Positions 26,528 through 35,034 are shown, counted from the stretch's first letter. The stretch: 64,000 nt of DNA from Eubacteriales bacterium (GCA_045124015.1 JBGVLA010000192.1:13412-77411), one strand, 5' to 3'. Notes: generated by a model not told the origin, from the letters alone. A program made the numbers and translations.

Positions 26528-27442
26528 TCAAGGCTCGATCCAAATCCTAAGCCTCGTATTATCCGCCGTCAAAACGACCTCATATCCAACGTCCACCCAA
26601 CCAACAAAAGAAAGCGTCAATGTTTGAGGTTCATTTTCTTTCATTGCGAGTATTTTTCCATCTCCAAGCCCCAAATTGTCATCGCTTTGTTGACAATGCA
26701 AGGAAATGCCAACGTCTTGATCGGAGGAAGCAGACAATTCTATGGTAACGGTGCTTTTTTCATCATGCTTGCGTGCAATATGGATATCCTTCACGATGAT
26801 ATCCACAGCGGAACGTGCGGCAAAGCGATGATCGATAAAAAGCTTGCCATCTTGATAGGTGCCGCTGTAATAGTTGTACGGATAATATGACCATAGAGCC
26901 AAAAGAAGTGTGCGAAGCTCTTCGCTCATTTCGAGCTCTTCCCCCTCGCCAAGATGATTTTCCACACGGCAAAGAGAGCTGTAATCGTCTGTCAGACGGA
27001 AATAACCGTTTTGCGTATCGATCCAAAGCGTTCCGGGCTTTGCGGGTAAAAATCCGCTGTTTTCCGTAACCCATTCTTCATCCTCGGAAAGTGCAGGAAG
27101 AATCTTCCCCGTTTCGGGCGCATCCTGCAAAAGACCGGAAAGCTTCAGCGCATATCCCTTATCCTCGATAAATTTCGTACTGATGCCGTATCCGCTCCAA
27201 TGAAATTGTCGCATCACAACGCAAAGGCTTGCTTCGATCTTATCGGAGCTTGGCGGAAAAAGTCCTCCTGTCGAATAAAGGACAGGGGTCTCCGTGGTTG
27301 CAGGCATGGCATTCGCCTCCGTGGTCGAGACCAAAGCGGCATCCGTCGTTGCAGGGTCTTTCACCATTTCGCAGGCAGAAAAAAGCACGCCCAAGGCAAG
27401 AAAAAGTGCAATAAAAGCATAAAATTTTTGTTTTTTGAACAT
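26528..27442 (-). CDS. Hypothetical lipoprotein
   Basis: 304 aa. Signal peptide with lipobox LFSAC. AAAGGAG RBS. No recognisable catalytic motif. Confidence 0.7.
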   Translation of the reverse strand: MFKKQKFYAFIALFLALGVLFSACEMVKDPATTDAALVSTTEANAMPATTETPVLYSTGGLFPPSSDKIEASLCVVMRQFHWSGYGISTKFIEDKGYALKLSGLLQDAPETGKILPALSEDEEWVTENSGFLPAKPGTLWIDTQNGYFRLTDDYSSLCRVENHLGEGEELEMSEELRTLLLALWSYYPYNYYSGTYQDGKLFIDHRFAARSAVDIIVKDIHIARKHDEKSTVTIELSASSDQDVGISLHCQQSDDNLGLGDGKILAMKENEPQTLTLSFVGWVDVGYEVVLTADNTRLRIWIEP

Positions 27443-27543
27443 AACATACGCTCCTTTCCATGAAAAAATCCTTCTTTTCTATTTCTTTTGTCGATTTTTT
27501 CGTACCCTTTTCTCACCTGATTTTCAAGGTTTTTTATACATAC

Positions 27544-27570
27544 AAAAACCGCAAGCCGAAAGGCTTGCGG
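27544..27570 (-). terminator. Terminator downstream of sanA
   Basis: Stem CCGCAAGCC-GAAA-GGCTTGCGG (27549-27570), followed on the minus strand by T5. Confidence 0.85.
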
Positions 27571-27578
27571 TCTTATCT

Positions 27579-28181
27579 TTAATCGAATAAGCAAACAGTC
27601 ATGTCCTTGATCCTCGCCAGCACCTCGCGTATCTCGCGGTAAAGCTGTCCTGCATAGCGATAAAGCGCGGCATCGGCACCAAGCGCCGTGATATCCATAT
27701 CGTTTGCGATATAAAGCGCACGATGCAGGTGATATTTTTGTGTTACAATGACGAATTTGCTGATGAGATAATGTTTTTTGGCGCGGGAAATGGATTCATA
27801 AGTAGAAAATCCCTTGTCATCGGTAAGGATATCCTCCTCCGCGACGCCATTTTCGATGGCATAAAGCTTCATATATTTGGTTTCGCTCCACTCACCGCTG
27901 CCATCACCCGAAACAAGGAGCTTTTCGACAACACCTTCATGATAAAGGCGGATACCGACGTCCATACGGTCGCGGAGCATATCGGAAAGTCTGCCTCCCG
28001 TATGTACCTTTGCGCCAAGGATCAGCGCATATTGATATCCATCCTCGGGGGTAATATCCCGAATCTGTGCTTTCGTTGTGCCGAGAACAATGCCGTTTAA
28101 GATGAGCAAAACCGCGAGTCCCACCACAACAATGGATGCCATAATGATAAGTAAAAGTTTATACTTCCTGATGCTTTTCAT
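27579..28181 (-). CDS. sanA: SanA/YdcF (DUF218) family protein
   Basis: 200 aa. N-terminal TM helix, then ALILGAKV...LSDMLRDRMD...LLVSGDG...ESISRAK, typical of SanA. Confidence 0.8.
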   Translation of the reverse strand: MKSIRKYKLLLIIMASIVVVGLAVLLILNGIVLGTTKAQIRDITPEDGYQYALILGAKVHTGGRLSDMLRDRMDVGIRLYHEGVVEKLLVSGDGSGEWSETKYMKLYAIENGVAEEDILTDDKGFSTYESISRAKKHYLISKFVIVTQKYHLHRALYIANDMDITALGADAALYRYAGQLYREIREVLARIKDMTVCLFD

Positions 28182-28186
28182 ATAAT

Positions 28187-28660
28187 TTACAATGTTTGCG
28201 CACGCATATCGACATTATGGCGGAAGTTGATAAGCTTTCTGGTATATTCCGTTTCCATGAATTTACTGGTGATAATAAAGTCCGCCGTTGCGCGGTTATT
28301 CGCAATCGGAATATCAAACACCTGTGCGATGCGAAGCAAAGCTTTTACGTCGGGGTCATGAGGCTGTGCCTGCAAAGGGTCGGAAAAGAACACCACAAGA
28401 TCGATCTTCCCTTCCACGATACGGGAGCCGATCTGCTGGTCGCCGCCGAGAGGTCCGCTATTATAACCGCGGATCGGAAGACCTGTTTTTTCTGCGATCA
28501 TCTTTGCAGTCGTACCGGTTCCGCAAAGAAAATGATGCTCCAAAATGGATTTGTTAGCAAGACACCAATCGATGATTTCAGGTTTTTTATTGTCATGTGC
28601 GATCAGTGCAATGCTTTTTTGTTTCGGAAGTGTACATTCCACATATTGATTTTCAAACAT
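28187..28660 (-). CDS. mgsA: Methylglyoxal synthase
   Basis: 157 aa. IALIAHDNKK...LCGTGTT...GPLGGDQQIG...DPLQAQPHDPDV are canonical MgsA blocks. Confidence 0.92.
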   Translation of the reverse strand: MFENQYVECTLPKQKSIALIAHDNKKPEIIDWCLANKSILEHHFLCGTGTTAKMIAEKTGLPIRGYNSGPLGGDQQIGSRIVEGKIDLVVFFSDPLQAQPHDPDVKALLRIAQVFDIPIANNRATADFIITSKFMETEYTRKLINFRHNVDMRAQTL

Positions 28661-28776
28661 AATTCGAGTTCCTTTCCTTTTTTCAAAAATTTAAGGTTTC
28701 CCTTATTTTCAGTTTAGCAATAAGAGAGAGAGAAGTCAAGCGTTTTTTGTTGAAGAAGTCAAGTTTTTTCACCTTT

Positions 28777-29160
28777 TCATGATTTTTTCTGCAAAAATCG
28801 CATAAGATGCTGATAAAAATCTTCTGCCACATCCGATATTACAGAGGTATCATGCAAGGTTAGGATCAATTTTCTTTCACAAACTGGTTCTGAAATCGGA
28901 AGCAAGAGCATATCGGATGCAGAGATTTTTCCCCAAGAATATTCCGGCCAAAAGCCAACACCTGCACCCGCACCGATAATATTTTGTACGGCAATAGGGG
29001 AATCCGATTCAAAAGAAGGCTTCAACTTGAAACCCGCCATTGCACAAAAACTATCGCAAATCGCACGAAACGGGCGTGAACCCGCAAGACTGACAAATTC
29101 CTCATTTTTCACAGTAGAAAGTTCAATTTTTTCATAAAAAGCGGCGAGATCGATTTTTCG
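28777..29160 (-). pseudogene. LysR-family regulator remnant (C-terminal substrate-binding half only)
   Basis: The open frame is bounded upstream by TAA at 29161-29163. It encodes only about 127 aa (IDLAAFYEKIELSTVKNEEFVSLAGSRPFR...GAGAGVGFWPEYSW...ILTLHD) matching the C-terminal effector domain. No HTH domain, ATG or RBS. Confidence 0.65.
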
Positions 29161-29257
29161 TTATTTCTTCGTGAATAAAAAATCCATTCGTTTTGAATAA
29201 AATCACTTGCAGGAAGGCAAAAATAGAAGTATCCCAAAAGAAAAGAGGTACTTTCAA

Positions 29258-29437
29258 ATGTCTCCCAAAGAACTTTTGTATATTCAAGATGCACTTGACC
29301 ACACCGCGCAAAACAAAACCAGTTGTGCTGACTTTGCAACTCAGGTAAAAGACCCAAGTCTCAGAACACTTCTTCAAGATTTGACGACCAAACAAAATGA
29401 AACCTTCGCAAAGTTTTATGCTTTGCTGAATGGTTAA
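29258..29437 (+). CDS. Small hypothetical protein, partner of the CotF-like gene
   Basis: 59 aa from ATG 29258 (MSPKELLYIQDALDH...). AGAGG RBS. Lies 12 nt upstream of the CotF-like gene. Confidence 0.55.
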   Translation: MSPKELLYIQDALDHTAQNKTSCADFATQVKDPSLRTLLQDLTTKQNETFAKFYALLNG

Positions 29438-29449
29438 AGGAGGTACGAA

Positions 29450-29701
29450 ATGATGGATGATAAAACCATTATGGCGACGGTTCTCGGCAATGTCAAAGGA
29501 ATGTGTGATCTTATGATGCACGGCACGATCGAATCCTCTACGCCAAACGTGCATACGGCATTCAAAAGCGCACTTGATGAAATGCTTTGCGAGCAAAATC
29601 AGATCTATACCCAGATGAGCGCAAAGGGTTGGTATCCCGCAGAACAGGCGGAAGCACAAAAAATTGCACAGGCGAAGCAGAAATTTCAGAATATGAATTG
29701 A
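29450..29701 (+). CDS. Spore coat protein F (CotF)-like protein
   Basis: 83 aa. Helical Coat_F-type sequence (LGNVKGMCDLMMHGTIESSTPNVHTAFKSALDEML). AAAGGAGG RBS. Confidence 0.65.
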   Translation: MMDDKTIMATVLGNVKGMCDLMMHGTIESSTPNVHTAFKSALDEMLCEQNQIYTQMSAKGWYPAEQAEAQKIAQAKQKFQNMN

Positions 29702-29711
29702 GTTTTGAATA

Positions 29712-29755
29712 GGATCCCCTCGGAGTATCGACTCCGAGGGGATCTCGTTTTCTTC
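29712..29755 (+). terminator. Terminator after the CotF-like gene
   Basis: 14-15-bp stem GGATCCCCTCGGAGT/ACTCCGAGGGGATC followed by TCGTTTTCTTC. Confidence 0.8.
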
Positions 29756-29784
29756 TGCTTATGCTTTTGCAAATCGAATATCTC

Positions 29785-29830
29785 CAAAAAATGAGACACA
29801 TCATTCGGGAAAAACCCGAAATGATGTGTC
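29785..29830 (-). terminator. Terminator downstream of the small lipoprotein gene
   Basis: Stem GACACATCATTCGGG/CCCGAAATGATGTGTC (29795-29830) followed on the minus strand by a T-rich run (CATTTTTTGG). Confidence 0.75.
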
Positions 29831-29903
29831 TAGCGCATTAAAAACATAAAGTATCAGTTTTGATAATCAAGTTTGTGTCTTTTGCAATAGATTACAATAT
29901 AAT

Positions 29904-30224
29904 CTAATTTTTGGGAACATATCTCTCATAAACAGCGTATACACTGCCGCCTTGGTATAAAGTCAATTGATCCCCCTTCAGTTCATAATCAAATATCAAT
30001 GTTTCTCCCCAAGTTTCTTGGAATCGTATACGATTCCCCGTGATTGTGAAATTACCTTCATTATAGGTACCATTATCAAAAAACTCCAAATAACTCGCAA
30101 ATATATTGGAATTTTCAGAAACTCTTTTCCATCGTCCAACAAGTTTTTCTTCTGGCGTAGCGCCACACGCGCAAAGTAAAAGAACCATTGTTAAAACCAG
30201 AAGCATACTAATAATTTTTTTCAT
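29904..30224 (-). CDS. Small lipoprotein (lipocalin-like, DUF5640-type)
   Basis: MKKIISMLLVLTMVLLLCACG lipobox. AGAGGTG RBS. Lies in the AT-rich segment. Confidence 0.65.
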   Translation of the reverse strand: MKKIISMLLVLTMVLLLCACGATPEEKLVGRWKRVSENSNIFASYLEFFDNGTYNEGNFTITGNRIRFQETWGETLIFDYELKGDQLTLYQGGSVYAVYERYVPKN

Positions 30225-30382
30225 CTTTAACACCTCTTAATGTTTAATTTAGAGAATTCATTTCCCTGTTTATTTATATTATACATCTTTATTTTCCATT
30301 TGTCAATAGAAATATATCTTTTTATTCTCTTAATTGACACATTTGTAGAGTTATAATATATAATATGAAGGAGGGTTGTTGT

Positions 30383-30697
30383 ATGGATTATATAGAGTTT
30401 TTTTATCAAAGATTAACTGAATTACGTATTCAAAAAGGAGTATCCGCCCGAGATATGAGTCTTTCTTTGGGGCAAAGCGAAAGTTATATCAATAAAATTG
30501 AAAACAAACGCACACTCCCCTCTTTTACTGGGTTCCTATATATTTGCGAATATTTCAACATTACTCCGCAAGAATTTTTTAATACCCACGCACCCTCTCC
30601 CCAAAAAACAAAAGAATTGATCAGCGAATTGGAAAAACTGCCGCCAAAATATACAGACCATATTCTGCAAATTGTCAAAGACTTAAATGCCAAATAA
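30383..30697 (+). CDS. XRE-family helix-turn-helix transcriptional regulator
   Basis: Start at ATG 30383 (AAGGAGGG RBS). LRIQKGVSARDMSLSLGQSESYINKIENKRTLPS is a classic Cro/C1 HTH. Confidence 0.8.
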   Translation: MDYIEFFYQRLTELRIQKGVSARDMSLSLGQSESYINKIENKRTLPSFTGFLYICEYFNITPQEFFNTHAPSPQKTKELISELEKLPPKYTDHILQIVKDLNAK

Positions 30698-30700
30698 ACG

Positions 30701-31087
30701 ATGATTATCCTACACATAAAATTATGCGATTTACGGGACGATGCCGATCTGACAGAAAAGGACATTTCCAATTATTTGCATATCAAACAAAACACCTATT
30801 CTCAATATGAAAACGCAAACCAGCAACTTCCGATTGCATTATTGATCGCTCTTGCAGAATATTATCATACGTCCACCGACTATATCCTGCGCCCCAACGA
30901 TGAAAAAAATCATATTCTAAAAATAAAAGACACATTACTGACAGAATCAGTAATGTGTCTTTTTTATTGCTTAGAAAATGATTTCCCCGCTTATTTAGCG
31001 GATTCTTCGATCGCAACCGCAACAGCAACAGTCATACCAACCATGGGGTTATTACCTGCGCCGATAAGACCCATCATTTCTACGTGA
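30701..31087 (+). CDS. Second XRE-family HTH regulator; the reading frame has no stop before the terminator (possible frameshift or degraded 3' end)
   Basis: LRDDADLTEKDISNYLHIKQNTYSQYENANQQLPIALLIALAEYYHTSTDYIL is a complete HTH_3-type domain. The frame then runs through the hairpin at 30925-30963 and 97 nt into the convergent gene. Confidence 0.6.
   Translation: MIILHIKLCDLRDDADLTEKDISNYLHIKQNTYSQYENANQQLPIALLIALAEYYHTSTDYILRPNDEKNHILKIKDTLLTESVMCLFYCLENDFPAYLADSSIATATATVIPTMGLLPAPIRPIIST
30925..30966. terminator. Bidirectional terminator
   Basis: 17-bp stem AAAAGACACATTACTGA/TCAGTAATGTGTCTTTT with a 5-nt loop. A-run and T-run are built into the arms. Lies between convergent genes. Confidence 0.85.
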
Positions 31088-31989
31088 GCAGGAACGGAGG
31101 AAGAACCAGCGAACTGCGCGTCGGAATGCATACGGCCCATGGTGTCGGTCATACCGTAAGAGGAAGGACCAGCAGCCATGTTATCGGGGTGGAGTGTACG
31201 GCCTGTACCGCCGCCGGAAGCAACGGAGAAGTAGTTCACGCCGTTTTCGTTGCACCATTTCTTGTAGGTACCTGCAACGGGGTGCTGGAATCTTGTCGGG
31301 TTGGTGGAGTTACCGGTGATGGAAACGCCAACGTTTTCAAGCTTCATGATGGCAACGCCTTCGGGAACGTTATCAGCGCCGTAGCACTTAACGTTTGCGC
31401 GAGGACCATCAGAGTAAGGAGTTTCTTTTACTACGGAAACTTCTTCAGTGTTGTTATCAAAAGCAGTCTGAACGTAGGTGAAGCCGTTGATTCTGGAGAT
31501 GATCATAGCAGCATCCTTGCCAAGACCGTTGAGGATAACGCGGAGGGGTTTTACACGAACCTTGTTTGCGTTGAGAGCGATCTTGATCGCGCCTTCAGCA
31601 GCAGCGAAGGATTCATGACCTGCGAGGAAGCAGAAGCATTCTGTTTCTTCGGAAAGGAGCATCTTACCGAGGTTACCGTGGCCAAGACCTACCTTACGGT
31701 TTTCAGCAACGGAGCCGGGGATACAGAAAGCCTGAAGACCGATACCGATAGCGGCAGCAGCGTCAGCAGCTTTTGTGCAGCCTTTTTTGAGAGCGATAGC
31801 AGCGCCTACGGTGTAAGCCCAGATAGCGTTTTCAAAGCAGATAGGCTGTGTTTCTCTAACGATTTTATCGCAGTCGATACCTGCGGCAAGGGTGATTTCC
31901 TTGCATTCTTCGATGGAATTGATACCATATTCAGCGAGAACAGCGTTAATTTTATTAACTCTTCTCTCGTAACCTTCAAACAATGACAT
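30991..31989 (-). CDS. GGGtGRT family protein (function unknown)
   Basis: 332 aa. The family-naming motif is directly visible (FSVASGGGTGRTLHPD). GGAGG RBS. Lies 14 nt after the NifU-like gene. Confidence 0.8.
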   Translation of the reverse strand: MSLFEGYERRVNKINAVLAEYGINSIEECKEITLAAGIDCDKIVRETQPICFENAIWAYTVGAAIALKKGCTKAADAAAAIGIGLQAFCIPGSVAENRKVGLGHGNLGKMLLSEETECFCFLAGHESFAAAEGAIKIALNANKVRVKPLRVILNGLGKDAAMIISRINGFTYVQTAFDNNTEEVSVVKETPYSDGPRANVKCYGADNVPEGVAIMKLENVGVSITGNSTNPTRFQHPVAGTYKKWCNENGVNYFSVASGGGTGRTLHPDNMAAGPSSYGMTDTMGRMHSDAQFAGSSSVPAHVEMMGLIGAGNNPMVGMTVAVAVAIEESAK

Positions 31990-32003
31990 ATTCTTCTACC
32001 TCC

Positions 32004-32705
32004 TTACTGCTTTCTGGGATCGATATAACGAGCAGCATCCGCAAATCTACCGTATGTGCCTTTGGATTTTTCGTATGCTTCGTTGGGTTCCATGCCCTTT
32101 TTGATAAAGTCGGTCATCTTGCCGAGGGATACAAATTCGTAACCGATAACCTGATCATCTTTATCAAGAGCCATTCTTGTGCAGTAGCCTTCGGTCATTT
32201 CGAGGTAACGAACGCCCTTAGCCTTTGTGCCGTACATGGTACCAACCATGGAACGAGCACCCTTACCAAGGTCTTCCATACCTGCGCCGATAACGAGACC
32301 GCCTTCAGAGAAAGCAGACTGTGTACGACCGTAAACGATCTGGAGGAAGAGTTCTCTCATAGCTGTGTTGATTGCGTCGCAAACAAGGTCAGTATTGAGA
32401 GCTTCGAGGATGGTCTTACCGGGAAGGATTTCTGCTGCCATAGCTGCAGAGTGTGTCATACCGGAGCAACCGATGGTTTCAACGAGAGCTTCTTCGATAA
32501 CGCCGTCTTTAACGTTAAGAGAAAGCTTGCACGCGCCCTGCTGAGGTGCGCACCAACCGATACCGTGTGTGTAACCGGAAATATCGGTGATTTGTTTTGC
32601 CTGAACCCATTTACCTTCTTCGGGAAGCGGAGCGGGACCGTGGTTGGGACCCTTTGCTACGCAACACATGGATTCAACTTCATGGGAATAAACGAGATCT
32701 GCCAT
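32004..32705 (-). CDS. NifU/IscU-like Fe-S scaffold domain protein with an extra C-terminal domain
   Basis: Start at ATG 32705 (MADLVYSHE; RBS AAAGGAGAA). Cys-containing blocks CCVAKGPNHG, GWCAPQQGAC and ETIGCSGMTHSAAMAAEILPGKTILEAL resemble the IscU N-terminal domain. Confidence 0.7.
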   Translation of the reverse strand: MADLVYSHEVESMCCVAKGPNHGPAPLPEEGKWVQAKQITDISGYTHGIGWCAPQQGACKLSLNVKDGVIEEALVETIGCSGMTHSAAMAAEILPGKTILEALNTDLVCDAINTAMRELFLQIVYGRTQSAFSEGGLVIGAGMEDLGKGARSMVGTMYGTKAKGVRYLEMTEGYCTRMALDKDDQVIGYEFVSLGKMTDFIKKGMEPNEAYEKSKGTYGRFADAARYIDPRKQ

Positions 32706-32977
32706 GGGTGTGATTCTCCTTTGCATATTTAGATTTTTTGTTTTCTTGGAATTTTTCACCGCGATCGCGGTAAGGGTTTCATAAATGGAAATTCAGCATT
32801 TCCGTTTATGTACTTGTCCTTTTTCATATCATAGGAAATTGCTCAAATCGACCTGAGATAGGCGAGCAACTCAATCCTCATTCGTGAAGCAAATGATAGC
32901 GCTAAGCTACTGAATCTGCGCAAAACAAAACTGGATATAGATATGTTTGCGCTATGCTTCCGGCGGGCGTTGCCCGC

Positions 32978-33547
32978 TTATTTTACGATCTTACCGTAAA
33001 CGACGCCGGCAGCACCTGCTGCGTTGGATTCGTCGGTATCGATGTGCATTGCGGGCGCGAATTTATCGGAAACGCGAACGACAACGCCATCAAAAATAAG
33101 AGGACGAGCAGTATCGAGCTGAACCTTAACAACGTCCTTATCCGCAACGCCGAGGTCATTTGCAGCTTCGGGTGTGAGGTGGATGTGTCTCTGAGCCGCG
33201 ATAACGCCTTCTGTGAGTTCAACTGTGCCGCAAGGACCAACGAGTGTGCAAGCGCCGGAGCCTGCGATATCGCCGGATTCACGGATAGGAGCTTTTACGC
33301 CGATGGATCTTGCATCTGTGAGAGAAACTTCAACCTGAGAAGCCTTTCTTGCAGGACCGAGAACAGACATTTTGAGTTCGCCCTTTTCACCCTTTACGGT
33401 TACTTTTTCTTCGCAAGCGAACTGACCGGGCTGGCTGAGCGCTTTCTTTACGGTAAGCTGATGACCTTCACCGAAAAGAATCGCAATGTGTTCATCCGAA
33501 AGATGGATGTGTCTTGCGGATGTTTCAACAAGAATCTTATTTTCCAT
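32978..33547 (-). CDS. pduL: Phosphate propanoyl/acetyl-transferase PduL
   Basis: 189 aa with the two PduL repeats (SARHIHLSDEHIAILFG and AAQRHIHLTPEAANDLG). AAAGGAG RBS. Confidence 0.88.
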   Translation of the reverse strand: MENKILVETSARHIHLSDEHIAILFGEGHQLTVKKALSQPGQFACEEKVTVKGEKGELKMSVLGPARKASQVEVSLTDARSIGVKAPIRESGDIAGSGACTLVGPCGTVELTEGVIAAQRHIHLTPEAANDLGVADKDVVKVQLDTARPLIFDGVVVRVSDKFAPAMHIDTDESNAAGAAGVVYGKIVK

Positions 33548-33745
33548 AATCTGAAATCTCCTTTCGACAGGATCACTGTCTGATTTTGGTAAGATATTTC
33601 TCTTTTGAAAAGGGGAGAAATTCTTTATACCTTATCAATATTATTATAAATGATTTTTTTGCAGTTGTAAATGATTAGACGCGATTTTTTTTGCAAAAAA
33701 TATAAGATATTAAGAAATTTCTGAAAGAAAAGGAGTTTAATTACC

Positions 33746-34468
33746 ATGAATTGGATGAAAACAGAAAACGAGAACCAAAATCTTGCTACATCGGACGAAA
33801 AAACAAAAACGGAAAGCATTGAAAAATTTGGCACGACGCTCACCGAAAATGATGGTGTTGCCCTTTCCTGCATCACCGTCATAGGTCAGATCGAGGGGCA
33901 TTATCTCGCAAGCGAAAATCAAAAAACGACAAAATACGAGCATATCCTTCCGCTTCTTGCGGCGATCGAAGAGAACCCTTCCATAAACGGTCTGCTCGTC
34001 ATCATCAACACGGTGGGCGGCGACGTAGAGGCAGGGCTTGCGATCGCGGAAATGCTTGCTTCCATGCGAAAGCCGACCGCATCCATCGTCATCGGCGGCG
34101 GTCATTCCATCGGCATCCCGATCGCCGTTGCGTGCGACCGTTCGTTCATCGTCCCGAGTGCCACCATGACCATTCATCCCGTTCGCACAACGGGAACGAT
34201 CCTCGGTGTGCCTCAGGCATTCCGCGGACTTGAAAAAATGCAACATCGTATCACACATTTCATCGTAACCCATTCCAAAATCCCCATGCGCGCCCTGGAA
34301 GCCCTCACCTATCGCACCGATGAGCTTGCCACCGACGTGGGTGCTATTATTGACGGCAACGAAGCGGTCAGCCTTGGTCTGATCGACGAGCTTGGCGGTC
34401 TTTCCGAAGCGATGGAATACCTCAAGATCGAAGCAAAACGACGCCTTCAAAAGGAAGAACCCAATTGA
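33746..34468 (+). CDS. tepA: ClpP-family protease-like protein (TepA type)
   Basis: 240 aa. GQIEGH...LLVIINTVGGDVEAGLAIAEMLASMRKPTASIVIGGGHSIG matches TepA/ClpP-fold proteins of Firmicutes. Confidence 0.7.
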   Translation: MNWMKTENENQNLATSDEKTKTESIEKFGTTLTENDGVALSCITVIGQIEGHYLASENQKTTKYEHILPLLAAIEENPSINGLLVIINTVGGDVEAGLAIAEMLASMRKPTASIVIGGGHSIGIPIAVACDRSFIVPSATMTIHPVRTTGTILGVPQAFRGLEKMQHRITHFIVTHSKIPMRALEALTYRTDELATDVGAIIDGNEAVSLGLIDELGGLSEAMEYLKIEAKRRLQKEEPN

Positions 34469-34887
34469 AAAGCAATATTTTCCTCGGTACAAAACGGCGT
34501 TTCCCTGCCGCAGGCTTTCTTCTTATCACCTTTTTGCTCGGCGGCATCGGTTACGGTCTGCTGGAGGTCATATGGCGCGGTTATACGCACCCCTCTATGA
34601 TTTTTACAGGAGGATTTTGCCTCGTCGTCATATGGTTTTTGAATCGCCGCATGTTACAAACGCCGCTTCTTTTCCGTTGCTTGCTTTGTACCGCTTTCGT
34701 TACGACAACGGAATTCTTCGTCGGACTCTTGGTCAATCGTATTTTGCATCTTCATGTTTGGGATTATTCCGCTTCGAAATTTAATTTACTTGGGCAAATC
34801 TGCTTGGAGTTTTCTCTCATTTGGTTTTTGATCTGTTTTTTGCTTTCTCTTGGCATGACGATCGCTTTTCGAAGAGAGAAGATATAA
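34465..34887 (+). CDS. Small polytopic membrane protein (DUF1113-like)
   Basis: TTG start overlapping the tepA stop (TTGA). AAGGAAG RBS. Four hydrophobic segments. Confidence 0.6.
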   Translation: MKSNIFLGTKRRFPAAGFLLITFLLGGIGYGLLEVIWRGYTHPSMIFTGGFCLVVIWFLNRRMLQTPLLFRCLLCTAFVTTTEFFVGLLVNRILHLHVWDYSASKFNLLGQICLEFSLIWFLICFLLSLGMTIAFRREKI

Positions 34888-35034
34888 TTTTTTCAAAACA
34901 TCTTTATTTTTTTGATTTTCCATGATACAATATAGATGTATACCTTTCTTATGCAAAACGAAAACTTGACGAAAAGAAAAAGCTGACAACCCCATATCAT
35001 ACAGAAAATCAAAAAATTAAGGATCAATAAAAAC

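Noticed and set aside
32853-32869. An exact 17-nt match (CTGAGATAGGCGAGCAA) to the reverse complement of 44231-44247, both in intergenic DNA. Considered as a shared regulatory or ncRNA motif.
   Set aside because: Over all position pairs and both strands of a 64-kb window, roughly 0.2-0.5 exact 17-mer matches are expected by chance. Flanking similarity is weak, so this is not significant without genome-wide support.
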